64,000 nt of DNA from Phoronis australis (lineage: Eukaryota; Animalia; Phoronida), in the NCBI GenBank assembly GCA_002633005.1, contig NMRA01000369.1, positions 346,502 to 410,501 of the forward strand, in the 5' to 3' direction. Position numbers and translations under genes: made by a program. Shown here in pieces: positions 41,701-50,808 of the stretch. The first letter of the stretch is position 1. The number at the start of each line of letters is the position of its first letter. The notes beneath the pieces were generated by a model. That model was not told the DNA's origin, did no database searches, and saw only the letters and a program-made list of their open reading frames with translations.

Positions 41701-44700
41701 GGTAGTAATTGTGAAGTGATTTTTTGAAAAGGACATCAAAAACTGGAAGGGATGTGTTTAGAGAGACTATTCATATTCAATTTGAGTTGTAATAGATTAA
41801 AGTGGCAAGTGAGAATATAGAAAAGATTTCACGGACAGGCGAAAATGTATGGGAACAGGGACGTCCTGTGTGCGTCCACAGAAATATCTCCACAAGATAT
41901 GAAAAAAGTGTGGGAGGGGGGAAATAGGCATCCGTGAGAGGGCAATAGTGTTAGTGGGAGAAATAGTGCGCAGGGCCAGGCCTGGGGCACATGTGAGTAG
42001 GAAAGTCCAGCAGCCCTGCATTTGGAAACCAAAAATACAGTAGATTAAAAAAAACAGAACAAACTTTTTCCAGAACTTTTGAGAGCTAAGCACATTACTT
42101 GGGGATGAAATGGAAATTTTGTCAACATAAAAATGAACTTGTCGAAACTATTTTTTTGACACTATTGTACTAAACTCACTAATGGTCAACTGGAAATTTA
42201 CTAGGTCATGCTAACGTATAAAGGGTCCTCTTTTTAGCATTGAATAGGTTGAGCAGAGTAGAAATAGAAACTAGGTCATCAACAGGGGGCACTTGTGGGA
42301 TAAGAGTTCTACTTGGTTACCTGAATGCATGTACTTCTCTGGGTTTGAATTCTTTTTTCACCAGCACCATGTAGTAAATTGAGTTCCCACTCTTTTAGGC
42401 AAAGAAGATAGATTGACAGATTTCCAGATAAGAGCTACAAGCGAAAGCGCGAGAGCTTTTGACGAAACTTAACAAGTACACCGCCGCAGTTCTGCACTTC
42501 ATACAGTTGACTGTGCAGCGCCTGCACTGTCTCAGCTATGACTGGACTTTGATAAAACAGACCCCGCGTTGTCAAGACTGTAACTGTCACACCTCTTTAT
42601 AATCGAAAAAGGAAAGGATACGTGGCGTGCCTTCAGTACGACACACGAGGTACAGACAGGCTGCGACTACGTAAGCTGTCTTTCGTCCCCTGGTGAGACG
42701 TTTTACGACTGCCATTTTGAAGAAATTAAACGCAGTGTCTATGCAATGCTGGTTCAGCCTGAGTTGGCCACCCAGTTCTTGAATTTTCTTTTTACCTGAA
42801 AGCAATAAAACATTTAGTCAAATATTGAGGAATTGAAACTGGCATCTCAATCAAATGTCCGCAAATAGTTATTAAACTTCAATATCACACCTTTGAGAGC
42901 TTCAGAAATTATAAGCTTTCAAATCTGGATGGACGAATGTTTGTACATTTAGTCAGCATATTTATGTCTTTTCGGCACTCATGCACAGTAGTACTGCATG
43001 TTCCATTTCGTCAATATACAATCAGTGCAGATTTGTCGTCTATCAGTTAATTACTTATTAAGACAAAAATCACTCAAAATGAGGTGCATTCCACGGTATT
43101 TGTGCCATGGACTTAAAAATTTCAAGTCACCCATTAAACTTTCATTTTGATGTTTACACATAGTTTAATCATTGAATTTTGTTGTCTGCAGGTCCATTTT
43201 CTGTTAGTCTCAAAAGTTTTGCTTTTATCGGACAGTTTATCTCTTATTTGTAAAATTGTGTGTTACAGATGTGACATAACATTTTTCATAATTTTTTCTA
43301 CTCACATGAAGAAATTAATGCCAATATATCATTTACTACACAAGAAGTATACTAACAGTTGAAACTACCTGATTTTTTGTTAATTAGTATTTCCCATTAA
43401 ACTTTCAAATTAATGAAAGTCACATCTGTAACATTTAAGTAACAAAAGTTTTGATTTTAGCAAAAAAAGTAAATCAATTTTAACACAATATAATTTCCTC
43501 TTTATTCACCCTAATCAACAAAATTGAGCAAAATTTCTCAAGGGTATCTCAATCGTTTTCAAAACAGTTTGTTACAGATGTGACATGTTGTAAGAAATGT
43601 GACCATCTTTCACAGCCACAAAGTAAAGATTTCCTTTTTAAAAGGTGTGTATGACCAATTTGAACAAATATCTATGAAGAATTGTTAAAACCACTGTTAA
43701 TCTTCTACTGAGCCAAGAACTCCCCGTTTAGCGATAGTTCAAGGCTAACGTTGACACACACTGTGGTGAAGAATATATGCACTGAAAGTCCTCCTCATTC
43801 ACCACAGCCACCAGCTGAAAATCCACAAACTTCACCCGAAGCACCAGCTGAAATCCGCCCAATTCACCAGAGGCATATCCTCCTTCATCAGAGGCTCTGA
43901 TCAGTGTTTTTTCAGTCAGTGATTATGTGATTGTTGAGTTCAGAGGTATTCGTTTCAAGCAAGGTGTTCCACCAAAACTGGAATTATGGTGTAAAGCAGA
44001 TATCCCAGAGTCAAAAACGTTCTACCGCACCTTCAAAACAGCTAACCAGCCCGAAAAACACAAACCCCGACCTCTAAAACAGAAACCCTGGGGATCGGAC
44101 AAGACACCCCCAGCCGAAACACTTGCTACTTGCTTTCCAACATTATTCGTCACAAGAAAATAGTGCTTTAGTACCTTTAAAGGGGTTTGTGTTCATACGA
44201 GGTTATCAAATTCACATTTTGATGAAACGATAAATCTTCCTATTTTTAATAGTTGATGTGATATGTTGTTTTAGACGACTTATGACCGATCTCTAGCAAT
44301 ACAAGTGTTGATAATTAAATCGCGGACATGTACAGTGTACTAGACAGGGTGAACAATGAAAGATGGCATGTGCTTGTGTGGTGGACGCCACAACGGTCAC
44401 AGAATTCAGAGGAATGATGTACCAAAAACGATTGTGAATGTGTTGAGTTCAGAAACTCCGATTCCAAATTTAGGGAACATTGAGGAGTTGAAGTACTCGT
44501 TTTGAGGACAAGAACAGTAAATTTGGTGACCACAAATTGCACGATTTTCAAGCAACAAGTCATAAGTTACGTTTTATTGTTGTCAATCTTTAACAAATGC
44601 TGAAAACAAATGGAAAGTACTTGAAAATGCACAGTTTGAGGCTATTGACGTTGACTTATAAAATTTGAAAAATTGTCCAGGTTCCCTGTTCGATCACTGG

Positions 44701-47491
44701 GGTTAGTGTTTTAAAAGTCTAGGTTTGTGTTTTTTCGGGCTGGTTAGCTGTTTTGACTCCAGGATAAATTGTTTTACACTAAGATTCCAATTTCAAATGG
44801 AACAATTGCATCCTACGTTGCACAAACCATGATGGTTGAAAGAGATGGCATCGAAGTCACTGTCATGAGAGTGACAGTTAACAAGACTGCATTCAGTTTA
44901 CCAGCACATGACGACACCACATGGTTTGACTTGGACCAAATAATCGAAAAACTCGGCATATCGATCACTGCTCAGAATAATTTGCAAGGATAAGCAACTG
45001 TCGCAGCCTAAACGAAATTTAATCCTTAGACTTAAGATCAGTACGTCTGGTCAGCATTTCACATCACTTTGTAATTGTAGGTGTATGAGTGTTTATGTTG
45101 ACCTTAGTTAGTTGTACCTGATTTGCTCCTGTTACTAAACTCAATTTTTTCAAGGTGGTTTAAGGACTTACTTGGTATAGGTTTTGTACTTTTCTCTCAG
45201 AGACCACAATTTCATAATGAAGCTCAAAACAGGTGCATGGCAAACAAACAAAGTAAATTTTAAAACTCCATCTATCAAAAACACTAAAATGGTTTGTCCA
45301 CACCCCTTACATGCAAGTGCCAAATAGTCACATCTGTAACAGTCACATCTGTAATGCACATGGTTTTTTTAAATTGCTCATAATTATACAAAGACCTGAT
45401 TTTAGTTCAAAAACCTTTTCTTCATGTGATAGCCAAATAAATAGCTAAATTATCTATAGGGAAACTAGTTCCATAATATGAAAAACTGAACAGAGTTTTT
45501 AGACAAACCATCATTAGCATATTGACCATGGCTTTTTTGGTCACATCTGTAACACTAATTAAAAGTAAATTTTAGTACACTTATAATGTGCAGAATTAAA
45601 ACATTTTGATACTTGAAGTGCTTCCATCAAGTGGGTAATGTGTACTTAGAATTTCTTACCACTGTGATGCTTCACTAATTTTATATATGAATTTAAATTG
45701 TCTGAATGTCACATCTGTAACAAAACCAATACCGTGGAATGCACCATGAGCAAATTTGCAAGAAAGCAATCATCCGCCAAATTAAAGTGCCGCTGTACAG
45801 ATCAGTAACGATACACTTTCTTGGCAATAACTCTTCCATGTACAGTGATTACTTAAAGTCTACAGTACATTGTCTTTCACTGTCAGATTGAAATCAATTT
45901 GAAACCTCTACGTATGAAATGGCAGAGAAAATCTTTACTCACTTCCAGCCAAGTGTTACATGATGCAAGTTGATTTGGGTTTAATTCTGCAAACTTTTGT
46001 GAGAACGAATGATTTAAGGAAATCCTGAGAGGTTTGCTGTGTAATGCGGTTTGACAAAAAGTAACTTGGAAAAAAGTTTACTTACAACAAAGCATAGGGC
46101 GGATGTACGAACATTGAGTGAGGAAGACCTTTAGAGTGAGGAAGAAACATTTGACCATTTTCAATGACATGCTTTCCTGTAAGAAACCTTTTCTTTTCAC
46201 CCACACCAGAAATCAAAAAAAAAACTTTTCCATCATAATATTTAACTTTTGGGTAAAACACTATTTGATTTAATACCATTTTGGAGGGTTATAGCTCTCG
46301 ATTCTTTGCCAAAGCCATGGTGAAAGCCACTTCCCATACTGTGAGATTTGGCGCCTGAAATGTAAATTCAAGTTATTAAATACCATGATAAGAACTAAGA
46401 AAACTTATAAAAATATACTTTTGGTATTCTATAATACCTGCAAGTTAAAACCGTGCAATTAATCAGTCCTTCTCTGAATAAACATTTTCATTTTACTTGC
46501 TGGAGTTTCCAGTGTTCTACACCATCTGGTAAAATGCGTCGCCACAATCTATTTGTCAGCAGATGTGAAACGTATGAACAGCCCGTGACCTGCTTTAAAT
46601 TAAAACTTTACAACAACTTACCAATGCCTGTTGAAGTACATAGGGTGATAAGACAGGTAAATGTACACTTAAGAAAGTACAACTGTTGGTACAGTAAAGG
46701 GACACAACGAAATTTTATTTCATGATTTTTTCCATGAATTATACGTAGTACCAAGTTAAACGATTTCCATACATGTGCAAGTCTTGTAGCACAGCTACCA
46801 TCGATCAAAGCTTTGAAAATTTGTGGGCATTTAAAAGACCTTGAAAAAAAGGAAAAAGGCCATTTTTGGTAATATTTTTTTTCCAAAATTGGTGAGGTTA
46901 TACTGTACATCTACGCTATAGAGATCAGCTGTTGCATGCTTCCAGCACGTTGGATGGCATTTATGCACTTCTGACACATTTGAGTCTCAGGTGTGGAGAG
47001 CACTGAATGACTTATAACATCTCAACAGTTTTGTGTACAAGAGGGTAGACAAATGAAATTTTGTATTTCATTTTTACATAAACAGTAAGTATCAATAAAT
47101 AAGCGCTTAACTGTTTTAAATTGTGTTGAAGCTATTATCGGATAATTAGAAGAAATGCTGGACATTCACAAAAAATTAGAAGCTCTGCAAAAGGTGAGTA
47201 ATGGACATTTCTGGTAATTACTTTTTGAAACTGGCGAGATTTTATACTAAGATTCAGTCTTTCATCAAAGCATATGGTGTCTCTATACTGCATCAAATAC
47301 ACACCTTCACTTGAAACATACTGCCCAATGACAGAAGAAGCCCCAGCACTGTTTTCTTGGAACTGAATCTCCGAGACGATAATCTGATCCTCCAAAACAG
47401 AGCCACAGTTGGTACAGACTGCGTCGCCACGAGCGGGGTCAGTGTCGATCTCACTGCACCCACACTGGGTACACACCAACCCACTAGACAT
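8706..47491 (-). CDS. BRF1: Transcription factor IIIB 90 kDa subunit BRF1 (676 aa, 17 coding exons)
   Basis: Exons in transcript order: 47491-47305, 46354-46277, 42795-42622, 40459-40428, 38625-38553, 23303-23154, 21995-21902, 20019-19890, 17942-17840, 16870-16674, 14971-14839, 14078-14017, 13218-13137, 12026-11753, 10513-10395, 9446-9348, 8749-8706. They sum to 2031 nt in one open frame. Motifs: TFIIB zinc ribbon (CTQCG...[10 protein letters not shown]), cyclin repeats ([50 protein letters not shown]), [26 protein letters not shown] and an acidic tail. Confidence 0.96.
9640..10200. mobile_element. Degenerate inverted-repeat element; one arm also occurs near 55805-55990
   Basis: CTTAATAAAGGGTTTATGGTCCTG (about 9668) is the reverse complement of CAGGACCATAAACCCTTTGTTAAG (about 10058). 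The latter and its downstream sequence recur near 55808. Confidence 0.6.
11227..11626. mobile_element. MITE with imperfect TIRs
   Basis: AGCCTGGGGTCTAATCGTTGCACTCGAA matches the reverse complement of TTCGAGCACAAAGATTAGACCTCGGGCT; internal CTCGAA repeats. Confidence 0.55.
15909..16139. mobile_element. MITE with TIRs
   Basis: AATTCTTCACTTATTT...CACACAA at the left end and TTGTGTGAAATAAGTGAAGAATT at the right end. Confidence 0.6.
19781..19848. mobile_element. MITE, CATGGG family, 5-bp TSD TTATG
   Basis: Same family as 7740-7888, in opposite orientation; flanked TTATG...TTATG. Confidence 0.85.
20041..20170 (+). mobile_element. Relic of a Penelope-like element: C-terminal end of the GIY-YIG endonuclease
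   Basis: Frame reads [40 protein letters not shown], matching the typical Penelope ORF end (DRE...R...EA.I...MNRD.G.Y.LS..Y); two in-frame stops. Confidence 0.7.
20612..20683. mobile_element. MITE, CATGGG family, 5-bp TSD ATTGA
   Basis: CATGGGTGGCGCA...TGCGCTGCCCATG flanked ATTGA...ATTGA. Confidence 0.85.
22150..22690 (+). mobile_element. Degenerate fragment of the HINE-like family
   Basis: Shares CCAAATTTCATGAAAATCC and AAAATGGCCACTAGAGGGCGC subrepeats with 6379-7466. Boundaries approximate. Confidence 0.5.
23080..23122. repeat. (TTA)n microsatellite
   Basis: Imperfect TTA/TTG run in the intron just after the BRF1 exon 23303-23154. Confidence 0.9.
24089..24103 (-). promoter_or_regulatory. 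ZNF143/Staf-like site, candidate promoter of the nested BTBD gene
   Basis: Reverse complement reads TATCCCACAATGCAT, close to the ZNF143 core. A + strand donor CAG|GTAAAG follows at 24172. Confidence 0.4.
25781..25987 (+). repeat. Degenerate minisatellite, period about 35-40 bp
   Basis: Repeated TTTTTGCTATT(T/C)ACC core; continues near 26140 after the MITE. Confidence 0.55.
25988..26061. mobile_element. MITE, CATGGG family, 5-bp TSD GACAA
   Basis: CATGGGCGGCGCA...TGCTGCCCATT flanked GACAA...GACAA. Confidence 0.8.
26420..26535 (-). mobile_element. Degenerate tRNA-derived SINE head
   Basis: Minus strand reads GGCAGTGTGGCCTAGTGG (A-box-like)...GGTAAGAGTCCC (B-box-like)...CCCTTGAGCCAGG. Confidence 0.4.
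28586..28775. mobile_element. MITE/foldback element
   Basis: ACCTTATTCAC...TTAGGTTTAACAAACAATGCATT is mirrored by AATGCATTGTTTTTAAAACCTAA...GTGAATAAGGT. Confidence 0.6.
28922..29140. mobile_element. MITE with TIRs of about 20 bp
   Basis: GCAAGAAGTGGAAAACAAAA at the left and TTTTGTTTTCCACTTCTTGC at the right. Confidence 0.6.
31582..35897 (+). CDS. BTBD6: BTB/POZ-BACK-PHR protein of the BTBD3/BTBD6 (Drosophila lute) family, 490 aa; CUL3 adaptor
   Basis: Exons 31582-31885, 34330-34456 and 34856-35897 total 1473 nt in one open frame. Motifs: [64 protein letters not shown] domain, and PHR domain [23 protein letters not shown]...[22 protein letters not shown]3 versus BTBD6 cannot be separated in an invertebrate. 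Confidence 0.95.
40460..42621 (-). other. U12-type (minor spliceosome) GT-AG intron of BRF1
   Basis: 5' splice site GTATCCTTT. Branch site ACCTTAAC sits just upstream of the CAG acceptor, with no long pyrimidine tract. Confidence 0.9.
43083..45745. mobile_element. Non-autonomous DNA transposon, 2.66 kb, with 18-bp perfect TIR and 4-bp TSD ATGA (possibly Sola-like)
   Basis: GGTGCATTCCACGGTATT...AATACCGTGGAATGCACC, flanked by ATGA on both sides. Subterminal TGTTACAGATGTGAC / GTCACATCTGTAACA repeats near 43261, 43420, 43570, 45327, 45342, 45540 and 45708. Coding remnant inside. Confidence 0.85.
43959..44809. mobile_element. Nested insertion with imperfect TIRs of about 150 bp inside the 2.66-kb element
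   Basis: CAAAACAGCTAACCAGCCCGAAAAACACAAACC is mirrored by GGTTTGTGTTTTTTCGGGCTGGTTAGCTGTTTTG. Similarity extends outward to GCAA...TTGC. Confidence 0.75.
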
Positions 47492-47914
47492 GGTCTGGAA
47501 GAGAACCAACAACTGGTTAGTAACTGAATAGGACATGACTAGTTTTAAGGTTATGTGGGAACCTCCAAAAATGCGTAAATTTGTTTAACTGCAAAACATC
47601 ATATCATTCTCAGGAATGACAAAAAAGATTCAGACGAAACATTCAGATACTATGCTATTACACAGTTTTCCATAACCACACTAACAATTATTTTAAAATG
47701 TTCCATTTTTGCATGAGGAGATATCAAGAATTAACATTTTAATAATTTTTATGAAAAAAATCGAGAGTTGCATAAAACAAAAAACGAAATGATACAAAAC
47801 AGAGTTTTTTGAGATTTCCTCATGAATGTTTTTATCAAACAAAATTTGGTCAAGTTCTAAGTACTGTAATTGTTTTGGTATGAAATTATTATACCTTTCT
47901 TTCTGCTAATGCGT

Positions 47915-48165
47915 GGGCTTTTTGGGAACATTTTTGTGCTTTGACCGCGAATTTGTTGCGATCTCGCTGGAGCAGGACACTGTAAATGGTATTAGAAGAA
48001 AGTGCAATTTGCTAATGGTTTGGTGAAACCCTGTTTTGTATAAATTTATTGAGTTTTGTGTATGATATGGACGACAGCTGAAGAGAAGCACCCATGGAAT
48101 TCCTTGTCCCGAGTGTCATACCTTGTAGTATATGTAGTGTGTTGGGGACATTCAGAAGCTGAGCA
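47915..48165. repeat. Solo arm of the foldback element at 49262-49845
   Basis: Clearly similar to 49610-49845 (TTTTTGTGCTTTGAC.GCGAATTTGTTGC, GAAGCACCCATGGAATT, GAGTGTCATACCTTGTA). Confidence 0.8.
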
Positions 48166-48546
48166 CGCCTGTGAGGCCATAGGGACAATGCAATACAGAC
48201 ACATGTGAAATGATATTTTGCGGTCATACCAGGATCTTCACTTAATAAGCAAACAAGATTCCAATTGTATCCAAAATGTAAATAAATCCCTATTCAGAGT
48301 TTCAATACTAAAATAATTCTTCAAACCATATTTCACGCATACACTACCTCGCTAAATTATGAAATCGCAAGAGGTGACGAAAGCATAGTTTGGATGCTCA
48401 ACTATGTCAAAAAACTTAATATCCATCTAGTTAAGACTGTAACCAAAATACAGATTATCCTCATGAAATGCTATTTTCTTAAATTTCGTCTTCGGTCTTA
48501 ACATAGCCCATATTTTGGTCTTAACATAGCCTGAACTAGTCTTAAC

Positions 48547-48672
48547 CAGGGGCGAATCCACAATTTTGAGTTGGGAGGGCAGGGCGGAGTATTAGCCAGG
48601 ATTTTGACTGTCAGACATTCCCACCCCCGGACTGGGAGAGTTTAAGCCCCCCCCCCTCTAAATCCGCCACTG
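48547..48672. mobile_element. MITE with CAGGGGCG(A/G)AT termini and 5-bp TSD TTAAC
   Basis: TTAAC|CAGGGGCGAATCC...AATCCGCCACTG|TTAAC. Related 3' ends occur near 2690-2708 and 22920-22969. Confidence 0.7.
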
Positions 48673-49261
48673 TTAACTCAACAAAGTTTTGGTCTTAAGT
48701 CTTAAGTCAGTTTTCATGAATGATCCCGTGTCTGGCCCTAGTTACTGAAATACTGTTAACTTTATACAGTGACCACCGTCTCTAGTGAACTATAGACGGT
48801 GAAGCTCCTATAGGTGCTTCCTACACTGGAAGCTTTTCGGTGAATTATGCCTGACACTGATTAAACAATCAGTCATGTTGTTATAAGTACCAAGTACCTT
48901 TAGCACATTGAGGGGCATCTTAGGAGGCCATTGATCTCTTTAATTCCTTCAAACTCGAACAAACATTCCCGTTAACAAACTTTTTTCAAGCAGTCTTTCG
49001 TTCAGTTCCCCAATTCAGCAACTGGCCATTTTTAACACAACCTGCAGCAGGTGGTATGATGTCATATCCCCTGGCGTGCACTGTGTAAAAATGGCCAGTA
49101 TCTGATTTTGGGAACTGAGCGAAGAACTGCTTGAAGAAAAAAGTTTGATAACGGGAGTATTTGTTTGACTTGGAAGGAATTAAAGACATGCATCCCAAGG
49201 TGTCCCTCCAACTGCAAAAGGTTCCGTCTCTACTGCCTAGTACTGGATACACTGGCAGGGG

Positions 49262-49845
49262 TCCTCAGCTTCCGTTCGTCCCCAATACACTATATATATA
49301 CTACACAAAACAGGGGTTCAACAAACAAATGAGGAATTGTTCTTTCTCCCAATACCAATTTCGGTGCCTTGCTCCACCGAGATGAAACAAATTCGCGGTC
49401 AAAGCACAAAAATCTTCCCAAAAAGTCGCTACGAATTGTCTAGTTTGTCACGGAAGGTCATGACATTAATAACTTCACACTTAGCCAGACCATTTCATAA
49501 CCTTCTGTGATGAGCCGGCAATTGCCGTCCATTCGTAACTCATCGGATTATTCCGTATCCTACTTGACCTTAAACCCGACTCGCGTGAAGCATATCGATA
49601 GTATGCAGCGACTTTTTGGGAAGATTTTTGTGCTTTGACTGCGAATTTGTTGCAAACTCGGTGGAACAGGACACCGTAATTGGTATTGAGAGAAAGAAAA
49701 ATTCCTCATGGTTTGTTTAACCCGAGTTTTGTGTTTGCTATGGAACGCTGAAGTGAAGCACCCATGGAATTTCTAGTCCAGAGTGTCATACCTTGTAATA
49801 TAATAGTATTCTGTATAGTGTATTGGGGACGGTCAGAAGCTGAGG
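49262..49845. mobile_element. Foldback element with long inverted arms in BRF1 intron 1
   Basis: 49262-49430 (CCTCAGCTTC...CAAATTCGCGGTCAAAGCACAAAAATCTTCCCAAAAAGTCGCT) is the reverse complement of 49606-49845. Confidence 0.8.
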
Positions 49846-49863
49846 AAGCCTGTGGTACTGTAC

Positions 49864-50353
49864 TAGTAGAGACGGTGGTCACCACAGGCACATTTAATCA
49901 GCGCTCGACCATATAATAATAAAGAGTATTACACTCCGAAACCCTATAGTCGTCCGCCTAAGCATAAAACCGGCTTGTTGTCTTACTCACCCAATTATTC
50001 CACTTCAAAGTTATGATCTGAATAGGACTTGATTTAACTCTCACAAATATATATAGTATTCGTTGATTCAAACGTTTTCTTTTACTTAAGCCGAGTTGTT
50101 CAACTGTGCATTGCTTTTCGGCAGCCATTTTATAATGACACCTATGGTCGTCATGTGCTGCCGCCTTTTGAAAGGACAGAAAACCACACAGAAAAAGGCC
50201 AAGAAAATAGTGGAAAGTGGTTTACAGCAACTCTACTTCAACCACAAACTGTTTTACTGGTATGATATCGATTTTTAAATCGATNTAGTAGAGACGGTGG
50301 TCACCACAGGCACATTTAATCAGCGCTCGACCATATAATAATAAAGAGTATTA
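49864..50353 (+). repeat. Two identical 68-bp direct repeats (49864-49931 and 50286-50353)
   Basis: TAGTAGAGACGGTGGTCACCACAGGCACATTTAATCAGCGCTCGACCATATAATAATAAAGAGTATTA occurs twice. Confidence 0.95.
49991..50200 (-). promoter_or_regulatory. Putative BRF1 non-coding first exon and shared BRF1/DCAF4 promoter
   Basis: Strong minus-strand donor TGG|GTGAGTAAG at 49990. YY1-like AAAATGGCTGCCG at about 50119-50131. Lies between the divergent BRF1 and DCAF4 starts. Confidence 0.55.
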
Positions 50354-50808
50354 TATCGTCGAGGGTTGATTAAAGGTGCCTGTGGCTTTGCACTCAGGTT
50401 GGGTTGCCCTGTCGTTACAATAAGGTTAAAATTCGTCAACATTATTGAAATTCAGCCAGAATTGAGCATAAACCAAGTACAAACCAGAAATAACAGAGAT
50501 TCAGCCCTCAGTCACGCATGTGAACAACAACGGGTAAAAATGACGAGAGAAAGCAGAAACCACTCAAACATCACTGAACCAAATCGTGTGGTTCAACAAC
50601 AGGAAACTGGTTCACACACATAGGGGATTCGTTTAAGTTCCCTTTATTATATTTTATGTCATATTCCAAGTTTATCAAATAATTAATCAAATTATTTTTT
50701 CGTATCATACATTTTTAAAAACTAACCCAAAGGGGCAATATAAAGGAAATTGTTTTCATAGTATAAATATTACCTTGGAACATAGTGATTTTGGGTACAG
50801 TTGGTAAA

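Noticed and set aside
49864-49931. 68-bp repeat as a mini-Helitron (minus strand ends CTAG|T)
   Set aside because: The 5' end lacks the A|TC junction and the second copy lacks CTAG.
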